From assembly GCA_965178125.1 (NCBI GenBank), contig OZ237766.1, positions 372,001-436,000 of the forward strand: a DNA stretch of 64,000 nt, given 5' to 3'. Below the pieces are notes generated by a model. The model had not been told where the DNA came from and ran no database searches. It saw nothing but the letters and a program-made list of their open reading frames with translations. The translations under genes and the position numbers were made by a program. Positions 41,209 through 52,800 of this stretch are shown here, in pieces (positions within the stretch are counted from its first letter, which is position 1; each line of letters begins with the position of its first letter). This stretch comes from Bilabrum cf. latius (taxonomy: Eukaryota).

Positions 41209-44200
41209 ATGGATTCCGTAGGTGACCTTGCAGAGCGGATTCGGGCATGCGGTGCATTTAAACTCGACGCCGAGAACGATCACGTTGTTGAGGCGCATGA
41301 AGCCTGTTACCGGTGCCTCTGCGATTTTCTTCGTCTTAAAGAGACTGACTGTCTCTCTGTAGAGGCAACTGTAATATGTTTGTTACAAGCTGCGCGTTTT
41401 GCCTAGGAATGTGTGCACGAGCCCGGCATGAAGTATGGAGAACTCCGAGAACTGGTTGCTCGAGTTCACAAGGGCCCAGAGCACACCACATCTAGCCAAT
41501 GCAATAACGCCACTGTAGCAGGCGTCATCTGGTGCGCCGGCTGGTTGCTGTCTCCCCTGAACAGAGAATACGAGATCGAGAACCCAGTTGCGGTTGAGAC
41601 AATCGCGAAGCATGGAAGGAGGTCCATTCGTCGAGGCGAGAGGCACTTCGTTAGCAAGTATGAAAAAGTTTCAATCTTGCATGTTTGCGCTGCGATGGGT
41701 TTCGCATCTGCTTGTGCTCTGCTGCTCGACCTGGGAGCATTCCTCGATCCAGACGCCGATCTGCCGGACCGGCCGCCAGACAAAAACGGTGAATTGACGA
41801 AACTATGCGGAGCCCGGTCAAACCCCACACCGCTGCAACTGGCTATATACTACCGGCAGCACGACGCAGCAGCCGTGTTGCTGCAGCGAGGGGCGCGAAC
41901 CGTGGGTTTGGAGGAATTCTCGACTGGCTTGGAGATTGCGGCCATCTCGACAAGCCTGGCGAGCCACAGTAGCAAGCCAGATGATACTCGCGGTGCAGCA
42001 TCATCAAGTGCAGACAGTGGCTAGAAGAAATAGTCATCTGGTAGTGGCTATCGCCGAGAGCTTGCGCATTTCGATACTACTCTGCCCGCAATGGACAGGA
42101 AACTAGCGCACACTGTGCAAGTCGGTGCGAGGAATATATCAATCGAAGCAGTTGCTCGGCGCTCGATGCTCGCACTGATCCTGGCCACAGCAGAGATCGG
42201 CAACTTGGCCATCGAGCAGGATGCCGAAAAGCTAGCCCGCCCCTGCCGCGCCAGCGTGGAGTCGCCAGGGCCACACGACTCCCGGCGCCGATTCGATGAT
42301 GACCGAGGCCATCACTACGGCGAGTTCGGCTGCTTCTCCCCCCAGCCAGCCAGCGCCTCACTTTGCCCACCATGGAAAGCATCGACACCGAGCACTGTTC
42401 CAGTGGCTGGCTCCGATAGGATCAGTACGAATAACTATCCCGAACGCCAGCAGCAGATCCGCTACCGCCAGCTGATGAGGCACGTGGAGTACCTGCAAGA
42501 AGGACTCGGAATTGAATATGCGCCTGGGAGGCTGACCAGAGGCACAAAAGCGGGGTACTTTGCAAATGAGATCGGGCGGGGGTGGGAAGTCGAGAACGGG
42601 TTCGATGTGCTTGCTCCCGGCTACGAATCGTGGCTGACTAAGCAGAACATGAGGGGTGCAGTGCCAATGCACTATTGTCCGTCTAGCATATGGACGAGTC
42701 TGGCTATCGCAGCGATCGCCAGGAGGCAGCGGTTGGATCCTGAGGCTGCGAATGCAAGGATCGCCGGGCTGAGCCACGGGCGGCACGACCAGCCTGAGGT
42801 CGTTTCATCGGAAGTCCACGAGACCGTAGCACACCTAAAGCTGGAACAAAAAAGGTTGGCGGGTGTGCTGGCCCGGGTCATCGACCAGATGAACGAGACG
42901 GTTAGTGCAAACACCAGCACGACAAACGCAGCCAGTGGCGATTTGCAGGTTGATGAGCCAGCAGGCTCGGACGAGGCGCTGCCGACGAGGACGTTCCATA
43001 GGCCAAACGGTATATTCTCGCTGCTGGTGCGATGTGCGGCGTCATCGGGCACCCAGTCGAGTCGTGCACGCGGCCCCAAGCCGCACCACACCCCTGCAGA
43101 GTCCGAGGCGTGCCCACTTATCGACCACTGTCAGGAAGTCGAATTCGATCTCAACACTGGTCGCAGCAAATCCATGCAAGCGAACACCGAGGATTAGATC
43201 GGCCCATAGCTGCTTGATGCGGCGGTGTCCATGCAGGCGCACGAGATCGCGAGCGGGCAGGTCGCATGCATCCGACTGACCAACTTCGTCCGAAGTGCAG
43301 ATGGACCACCACGGATGGATACAGGAAAGGTGATGGAAGTGCTCGGAGTGACGATTAATACCGACTCCATTCCGATGGTCACCCCCTTCGGTCCCAAACC
43401 AGTAGCGAAAATGTACTCGTTTCGGCACCAGCGGCGCATGAAAGGGCAGGACATTCAGAGGGTGGCATCATAGGTCCGGTCGATTTCGAAGGCTGGAATA
43501 CACATGAAGCTATCCGAATCAGGCACAGGCTTTGGGCCTGGCTCCAGTACGCGCCGCATTACCTCGATTGGGCATGCGACTGCAGCGAGTTCGGCCGTTC
43601 CTGGGAGGCCCTTGCCTAGGCCACCCCTGCGTCAGGACCAGGACCAAGTTGCGGAAGCCACCGAGCTCCTCATGGAGCGGGCCACCGCACTCGTCACACA
43701 GCTCGCAGACATCCTCGACGACGTTAACGGGGAAGCAGGAAGTGCAATGGAGGGAGGGTCGCCGCCACCCGTCCCTTCCGTCGCTGAAGTTGACGCGAGA
43801 CTGCGGAAGGCGATGGAGCCACTCGAGGCACTGGTTCACGGCATGACGCGAGGATCAGACCGTGGTATGACGAGTGATGAGGGGACCAGCAGCAGCTCAA
43901 CAAGCTCGGATCGGAAAGCATTCATCCCGGCTGCAGGCGCAGGCGCGGGCACGGAGCCAAGCGACGTCTCCCACAGCCTTCCTGTCCGGCCACCTGGATG
44001 GATCGTGCAAGCTGCCCAGGCGCTTTTGGCCGCCGCCAAGGAGTCGAGCGCACTCGTCACAGCCCATGCCGCGCTCCAGGGCGTGCTCCGCATCAGGGGC
44101 ACCAGCCGGATGCATCCCGACTCGGCGGACGATCAAGAGCGGCGGACAGGGCTACTTCAGGGAGACGGCGCCCCCGCGGATTTAAGAAGCGTGCCATCAA

Positions 44201-45897
44201 GCCTAGGAGAAGAAGCCTCTAGTGCCAAACGAGGCAGCGAATAGCCAGCCCCGTCATCTTGGTCCAAGAGGCAGCCTGCTTGCGCCGTGGGAAGGGTGCT
44301 GTGTGCACAGTGGTCATCGCTCGACTAGCACGGGCCAGTTCGTTCAATGGTGGAGCGAAGTTCAGGCTAGTTTAATCCAGTTGATGGCTGCTTGCTTCGG
44401 ATGATGGCCAGCGCACCCGAGGCTGGAGAAGTGAAGGATCACCCCCCTGTGAGGTTGGCACCGCTGAGGCACTTCCGTACGCTGATGGCAGACGCTGATG
44501 GTAGATAGGATGCTGGTGTGACGAGTGAGTTAGACGCGAGGAATCCGGAGGATGAACCAGGGGAACTCAAGGCTGCCGGCACGGGCTTGGATCTGGCTGC
44601 GCATGCAGAGCGATAGTAGGAGGCGTTCGTGGCTCCAAGGCATCGCGCTGCAGTGCATCGGATCCTGCAACCGGCAGCAGGCACACCCAGTCACGTCTTA
44701 GATTCATTAGCCGACATGAAGATGCTAGGGACTACGGACTCGTTCTACGTAGCTTTGCTGCAAGCCAGGGACAGTGATGCACTGAGGCACGCAGCCACCA
44801 TGGCGCTGCCGGTTGCATGCCAGGACAGGGGTCTGGATGCCGTTGTGGCTCTGCTCGCTGCCGGAGCACATGCAGATGCGGCGTTCGAGCCTGCTAATCA
44901 GAACGTCGGCAGGGCGATACTGCTCGCTGCTTCCAGCTACCAAAGAGACCCAGAGGCTGCACTCGACAAGGTGCTGTTTTTGCTCATGCGCGGCGCGAAG
45001 CTCCGAGGATCCTTCAAGTCATGTTCTCCACCCCGATGCTTCATCAACATGCATCGCACTGCAGTAGCGGTGGCGGTCGCGCGCGGCAGGGCAGGGATCA
45101 CACCCGAGACGGCGCACGCGGTTTCGTTGCAGCGACCTGACGCGCATCAAGATTTGCACACTTCTGCCCGGGCCGCTGGTGGCGCCGGTGGTGGGTCTGG
45201 ATCAACCGATCAAGACTACGATTTGATTCTTATGACTAGGCTGCAGGGCGTCGTCGACAATGCCCTTGCTCGCCTCCCGATCGACCCCGAGCAGGTGCTT
45301 CACGACGTGCAGAAAGCGAGCACGACGGTGCATGACGCGTTCTGCTACGGGGCTAACGCTAGCGTAAGGAAATGGAGGCATGTGAAGGCTCCATAGTACC
45401 GCGAATCGATCCTGAGATGGGCCATGGATGGCATGTACGGCTAGGACTACATCTGGCTGCCAAAGGAGTACACTGGTCTTGATCACGGCGGCATACAGGA
45501 TTGCTCGCACGTTAGAGGTCCAAACTAGGCCGAGCCAATGGAGCGCCGGCGCCGAGGTGCTCTGATGAAAGTTGCCAGAGATGCTAGCTCTGTCCGGGCA
45601 GCAGTCGAGTTGCTTCGATCGGAAGTCGCCCCCCCACCACCGGTGCCAACCTGGCTGTTTGCTGGACTCAGTCACAAAGGGGAGGACGACTAGATCAGGG
45701 TGATGATTGAGGAGGCCTATCGCACCGATCGAGATCGGTACCAGAGGTGCGTCCATGCGATGGGTCGTTGGAGCGGGAAGCGGTTCTGGCATCGGGGTCG
45801 GGACGATCGGGCGAGGAGGCTGGTGGAATTCAGGAACGCCGTTTCGGTGGCTATTGCAGCGAGGAGGTCGATCTAGCGTAAAGCTGTTGGAGTTTGA
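41209..45897 (+). CDS. Ankyrin-repeat-containing protein, about 1560 aa
   Basis: Single frame with 17 TAGs and no TAA/TGA until TGA 45895. Ankyrin segments: SILHVCAAMG..ACALLLDLGA, TPLQLAI..AAAVLLQRGA, VVALLAAGA, FLLMRGA. Confidence 0.85.
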
Positions 45898-46004
45898 GGC
45901 GACCCTTGTGACTCAATTGCGTGCGGATTCTGAGGTCTTCTCCAGGTGAGGTAGCTGTGATCGGATCATCTCCAGCGTGAGGCATCACACATGCTGCGCG
46001 TCAC

Positions 46005-49000
46005 ATGTTTTACAAATTCATGCAAGGCATCGCAGCTGCATGCGTCGTTGGAGCGGTGTTTACTTTAAACATAGGTGCAAATGATGTTACCGTCCACAAT
46101 TACCAATCAACTATCAGCTACAACACCTCGGCAGTCAGGCTAAGCAAGGTTTCGTCGACTACTGCAACTGCGACGTTTAATGGCAGTATGGTCCAGACAT
46201 AGGTCGAAGTAAGGGACATTTTCTGCTTTGAAACCTAATGAAATGCTGTTTGCGCGAGTACCTTTGCGCTGAACTTCGTATGTGGCTTGCTTATCCATGG
46301 ATCGCAGATTGTCGAGGCTGACGATGCCAGCCGATGCAAAGTGTGCTATCTATGGGCGGCAGTCACGATGCCACCTGCAACAAACTTAACATTTGATATA
46401 AATGACAGCAGCAATGAAGTCTCAAAACCTTCTTTGTCGGCGCACAAGCCCAAGGAAATCTTGCAAGCAACGGGGACTGCCGTGCCATCTCAAGGCCACG
46501 TGCAAGTTGCCGTCGCAAAGGACGGACAATCTATCATGTTATCGAACTCCCATGTACAGATTCGCGTTGCGGGAGGAGACGCCCAGCGAATCTATGCCGA
46601 ATAGATCTACCAGAGTAGTCGAGCAGCAGCAGCACTCGTACAGCCCCCTGCCCCGCTCCTCTCCATCCAACCACGAGGCGGCGCCGCGCAATCCGAAGCG
46701 GAACATGCAACCGCCACCCTGGGCGGCTCCTCATGGTCCATCTCAAACACGTCCACGTTTCATTCCCTCTCCGTGTCAGTGGACGCCAGCGGACCCATCG
46801 TGGGCCAGGTCACGCAGACCTTCACCTTCACCAGCGCCGTGCCGCCCAGCCAGGATGGGATCGACGGCGGGCCGGCGAAACGAGGTGGAACTACGCAAGC
46901 GGTGCTCGTGTGGCGACTGGAGGCCGGGGACAACTTCGCGAGGGTGCACTCGTCACACAACCTGGGCGACAACTCGTCCCTGCTGTTCGATCTCTCAGCG
47001 GGGTTCGATCCCAGGAGCGCCGTCATGGATGCATTCTCGTACGCCAAGACGAAAACCACCGTCCCGACAGGAGCCAACCAGAGAGTGTCGGTCCCTCTGA
47101 AGCCGGACGACCGACTCGGAGCCGTATTGGGGTACGCCTACCCCAAGTGGACCCAAGGAGCAGACGCGAGGTGGTCAATCGCGGCCACCGACGGGAAGAT
47201 CACGGTGGCAGCGATTGCCGCCCGGTTGGGAGCTTGGGACTGGCCCATACGGAAATCGCTGGTGCTGGATCGCGTGCAGGCAGATCTGGCCACGGGACTC
47301 ACAGACAATTCGGGCAGAAACAAGCTTTGGCTGCACCAGCCGATGCGCGTGGGCGCACGGTACTTCCTGCTGTACGCGGGGGATGCAGACGGCGCTACCA
47401 CGTCTGCTTTCCAGTCAATGCTCATGGCCAGGGAACAACAGAGGCTGGACAAGATGTAGAACGAGTACATTCTTGAGTTCCCGTCAGCTGCTGACTCAGA
47501 GGGTGGCCAAACTGTAAAGGTCGAGTCGGGTGGTGACACGTTCTCCTGCCCGTTTTTCTACGATAACACCGCCACCAACCCAACGGGCCAGCTGAGGCAG
47601 TACGGCAAGCACCTCATCGAAGGCATACAGAAAGGGCAGTTGCCACCCGCCAACCGGGCCACTCTCATGGCAATGCAGTGCTATTTGGACCCCGACTGGT
47701 TCTCGGGCTACCTGCACGGCACCTCACCCGAGAACGCGAATTTCTACACCGACTACGTGCGTGTCCCTGTGGCTTTGTCAATGGGTCTGACCACTCACCC
47801 AAAGTTCAAGTCGGATCTGTTGCCAATGGTCAAAGGCGCTTTCGAAATGGACCTGACCCACAGCATCACCTTGCCATCGGGTGCAAGTCAGGAGGCACCA
47901 GGGTACATGAACCACGCGTTCGAGGGTTGGTTTGACGAGGCACCGCTGCTGAAGAAGTACTGGGGCGGGTATGACGCAGCCAAAGCGGCGGGAGGCAGGC
48001 TCAGTGCAGCTGCTGGGTTCCCCTTTCAGATATCACAGCCGTTCGCATGGCACTTTCTGGGTAAAGCGGCCGGCGATCCAGGTTCGTGGGATGGCAGATG
48101 GATGCTGCCCACTGGTGACACACACCCGGACGAATCCAACCTGACAATGATCCAGGGGCTCGTGCAGAGCATCGGGTACAAGCCACCTCCCGTACAGGCC
48201 CTGAAAACAATGGACGTCGTTGGATTCGGTCACATGCTCAGGGACCGAGTGGGCACGATGGACGAGTCTTTCGTTGGCTTCAAGAGCTATCCCCATCGGG
48301 GTCACTTCCACGGTGACTAGCTGAGCATTCATTACTGCGCGTACGGCATGCGGCTGTCCATTGACATCCAGGCGGGTTACAAGCCGAGGCCACCTGAGGA
48401 GTCCTGGCACAGCAAGGCGCTTGTCGATTCCTCGCGGTGGACGAGCGTGAACATGGATGGGTATGAGAGGGCACTGGGGATGTCAACGTCATCACTGGGC
48501 GATGCAGCTGTGGGTGAGGTGTCATCCAATCGGCTCAGGTACCTGCCGGGCAATCCCAACGACAACGTGTGGCAGGCCGTGTGGCCGACCAGGGAGCTGT
48601 CGGATGATATCACCTACCGTCGCACGGTAGTACTGGTGCGTGGCACGGATCAAAGTTCCGCAGTACACTCGTCATCATCCTCGGGACTAAGAACCTACGT
48701 CGTCTTGAGAGACCAGATGACCTTTCCGAATGGTGCCATCTCCAATGCCAGCGTCACCAACGTCTTCCTGCAGATGTCCAAGCAGACCTCGAGAATCGTC
48801 AACGGATCCATTGCAGACATGGGAAACGGCACTGCATTCACGTTCAGCCCGGCTTGGAACGCATCGTGCGATGCATCCCGGAGCTATTCGCTCCCCTGGG
48901 GGTGCTTTACGAACGAGAGCTCCCCGGTGCAGTACCATTTCGACCGCTGGGACTGGCCATCAGAGGGCAACGAATTCGCAACGGCGGCGCGGCCTACCTT

Positions 49001-49493
49001 CCAGATCGGGCCAAACCAGACGGCCGTGGAAATGTACACGCTACTGTATCCTGGTGGTTCGCTGGTGGATGGGCACCCGGCTCCGGCCATGTGGCAAGTG
49101 TCGGACGAGTCCACCGGTGGACTGGGCATAGCGGTTGCGACCGCCCCAGATGCCTCCGCAGACATTTTGATGTTCTACTAGCCCGGGGCCATCGGGCCTG
49201 CCTTTGCCTCTTGGTCTAGCTCTTCCGGTGCGTCTGCAGCCAGCCGCAGCAGCAGCGATGGCGATAGCGAATAGTTCAGGAGCAGCGGGTCCAAACCACT
49301 CGTCACACTAACAAGGCAGGGCAAGACAACACCGCTACTGACGACTGCTGACGTCAGCTACGGGTCATCGCAGGGCGAGGTGGGTCCACTTGTGCTGGGG
49401 GCCGGGTACGATTTCGGGCCCATTCCAACTGACCAGCTGGCGGAACAGCTCAAGTATCAGGCGGCCTATGAATGGCCTCCCAAATCGCTTTGA
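46005..49493 (+). CDS. Secreted heparinase II/III-like (polysaccharide-lyase-type) protein, intron at 46209-46307
   Basis: Signal-like N-terminus. LPSGASQEAPGY, LPTGDTH and GHFHGD*LSIHY..G..LSID...WH resemble heparinase II/III-family motifs. Six TAGs; TGA at 49491. Confidence 0.7.
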
Positions 49494-49839
49494 GGGATTG
49501 ATGCGGTTCGGTGTTTTGATGTGTGAAGCGTGCCTTCGGCTGGCCTGCTGCTTTGCAGTGAGAGAAAGAGGCGGCATTACGTTGCTCTTGGTAAAGTACT
49601 CGGTGGACTACGGGGCGCATCAACGAGGCGCCATTTGTTATGATTGCAGGTTGAATGAATGCTGCTGCTAACATCGTCAACGTATGCTTTGTTCTTAGGC
49701 CTAGTAAATGCAGCCATGTGCAAGTGCAGTGCACGAATATCGGCAGAAACCGGAAGTAGAACCAGCCTGAGGGATCGGCACGAGCGAGTGGCGTTTTCCT
49801 CCTGGCCGTGACAACTCGGCACATCACCACAGAAGAAGC

Positions 49840-52800
49840 ATGGAAAAAAGGCAGATCCAAGAAAGTCAAGCGAAAATGCTATCAGAAAGCTATAAGCAAG
49901 TCCCAATGCATACTGGTCCTGACGGAGACCGTCGTGCGAGAGGCCTGGGTGGCGAAGCTGCTCAGCAGGAGGGATCCACTGCTCGGTGGGATGAAACAGC
50001 AAATCTGCTGCGTATACTCACTAACAATGGGGCGCAATCAAAGCAAGTGCAAGAAGAGATTGTACATGCTGTATCCCGGTGCTCGTCGCTGTATAAATCG
50101 CAAGCGTTCGCGATCGGTGAGGCAAGTGCTTTGAGTGACCGCAAGTTCTCGCTTGCACTGAACGAGCTGGGGGGGGCGCTCAGCACGCTAGAGAGCATGT
50201 CCAAGGACTTATCAACTACAAGAAGTACAAAATTACTGATGTCTTCTGCATCGGAGGGATATGCCCCGGATTCGCTGGCAGAAGAGGCCCAGCGGCAGAC
50301 GAAGGCAGCTTCTGTCCTCCACGCAGCGCAAACGCTGCAGGCAGGCATGGCTGCAATCACATCCCGGCGGGATGAATAGCTGCAGCACTATGCAAGCGTG
50401 ATGTCCTGCTGCAACGGCTCTGCAGATCCAGAGGCCATCGCTCTCATGCTTCAGGACGCACAGTCCCACGAGACCGATCTGGCCGCTGACGCCGTGCACC
50501 GACTGCTCCATGCCGCGAAGATGATCCTGGGTACGCCCCATGAAAGGGCCCCGAATCCCTTTCCTTCTTTTACGTATTGTACATCAGTGCCTGGCACGAC
50601 CTCCGCGGCGTGGGCAGGGGGTGCTGGCGCTGGACCGATGCCAGCACACCCGCTCGGAAAACTGACCGGCGGGAATCGGAGAGCCGGCGGGACCAACGCA
50701 GGAAGGCAGGGAGGAGGTGAAGCCCCACTACATGACCAAGCCGAAACAGGAACAGCGGAGATGGATCAAGGAGGTGCGCCCCAATTCGCATCAGGTGCAT
50801 CTGCAGCAAGACGGAGAGGAGGAGGTGGTGCAGTGGCGCCCATGGCGGGGTGGGCTGGCATGGGCTCTTCAGGCCGCGTCTCCCCACAAGCCGCCAGGTC
50901 ACGCGGCTCCGAATCCATGCACACGGCGCTCTCCCCGGGACGGGACGCTGAGATGTCGCGATGGGTCGATGATGGTGTGACGAGTGGAGGTGGCGTGAAG
51001 GGCGACGCCGTGGGAGGGAAAGCTCCGGGAAACCCCCGGGGTACGAAGCGCAGCCGCGCTGCGATTCGAAAGCAGACAACCAAGCGCTCTGCAGCAGGGA
51101 AGGGGGCTGAATGTCACCGCCGGTCCGCGGCAGCCGCCAGCTCACGGGTGAGCGCGACCACCGGGCAGGGTGGGGCTAGCACGAGAATGACAAGGAGGAG
51201 GAGAAGGAGCGCGAGACTGCGGGGCAAGGCGACCAAGTCATCGGGTGGTGTGACGAGCTATGAAGGTGACTCGGGGGGCGGTGTGACGAGTGAGGACTCG
51301 GAGGAGGAAGGTCGCGGCACGTCAGGACCAGGCCAAGATGAGCGCAAGAGCGGTGAGAGCAGTGACAGCGGGGAGGTAGGCGCGGCTGGGACCATCCCAG
51401 GGCATGGCAGACCCTATGACGGCTCGGATGCCTACATTACCCCGCCAACGGGTACTGGTATGGGGAACATCGTTGATGGCAACCAGCATCCACAGCAATA
51501 CCGGGCTCACGAGCAGCTCGGCCAAAGGGACGGACACATTCCCAGCGTCCCCTTCAACCAGCAGCAGCAGCAGCAGGGGGATAAGGAGTCTCTCCTAGGT
51601 GTTGGCCTCAGCGGCAGCAATGGCAGCATCCCACTCGCCGGTTTGTCCATGAGTCGGGATCTCCAGCCCCCCATGACCGGAGGGGGCGACAGTACAGCCA
51701 ACAGCTCGCCAAGAAGCAGGCACAGCAGATTCCAAGACCGCAGCGCCGGCGGGTCACCATCAGCATCTCCGAGGCACTTGTCACATCAGATGGACGTGTC
51801 CTGGGAGGCACCGCCTTTGGACATGTGGCCAAAGCCGCCCCCGGCACCACCAGCCATGGCGGCATCCAGGCGAGCTGCCGCATCGACGTACACTCCTCGC
51901 CACACCGACGCACAACCAGGTGCATTGCACGGTGGTGGAACAGGGGACCAAAGGGCGTGGTCGGAGGGCCCTACATCCGGCGCTGCCCAAAGTAGCGTGC
52001 AGTTTGCAGCCCCAGCCGCTGGAGACGACGAGCGCGACGGAGAGACCGCCGTGCTGGAGACCGGCGCTGCAGGCTGGCACCGACCCTTGTCGATGCCAGT
52101 CTCTGCGGGAAGGACAGGTGCTGGGTCTGTATACACGACGAGTGCTGCGTCCAATGGCCGTGCCGTTCCGATGCAGCGCACTGCGGTGCAGCCGCGCAAG
52201 CCGGTTTTCAGGCGCGTGGGCGCGTCGGAGCGCCTGGTCACTGCCCCGTCCACTGCGGATTTCAGACCAGCCGAGCCACATCGGCATCGCCATGCGGTCA
52301 CTCGTCACACCAGGGAGGACTCCGATGGTGTGGAGCTGTTGGCATCTGTGGCAGAGCCGGGTGCGGGATCCTACCACGGTGTGACGAGTGACGACTACCT
52401 CGCCGATCCAGCGCACCACGGCTCCCCTCGGCGGAGCACGATGGATGCGGACGATACCGAACGTTCGGTGGGGTTCGGTATAACCGCTGCGGGCATGGCG
52501 CGACACCAGCCCAAGATGAGCGGGGACTCGGATGTCTTGGGCGCGGGCGGGTCGGGCTCAGTGGACCAATCCTTCGGAAGCAAGTTTGACCACCTTCGAT
52601 TGAGCGCTGCACCTGAAGGCCCTCGGGTGCATCGCGCCGCAGTTCATCATGCAGGTGCAGCGCATGGTGGTGCCCGCAGTCAGCCGGTTGCCTCGCGCTG
52701 GGCCCAACATGCTGAGAAGCAGGAGCAGAAGCAGGATCGGGAAGACGACGAGGAGGGTGATGACGATGACGACGATGTCGATGCCGCCGATGAGGACGGT

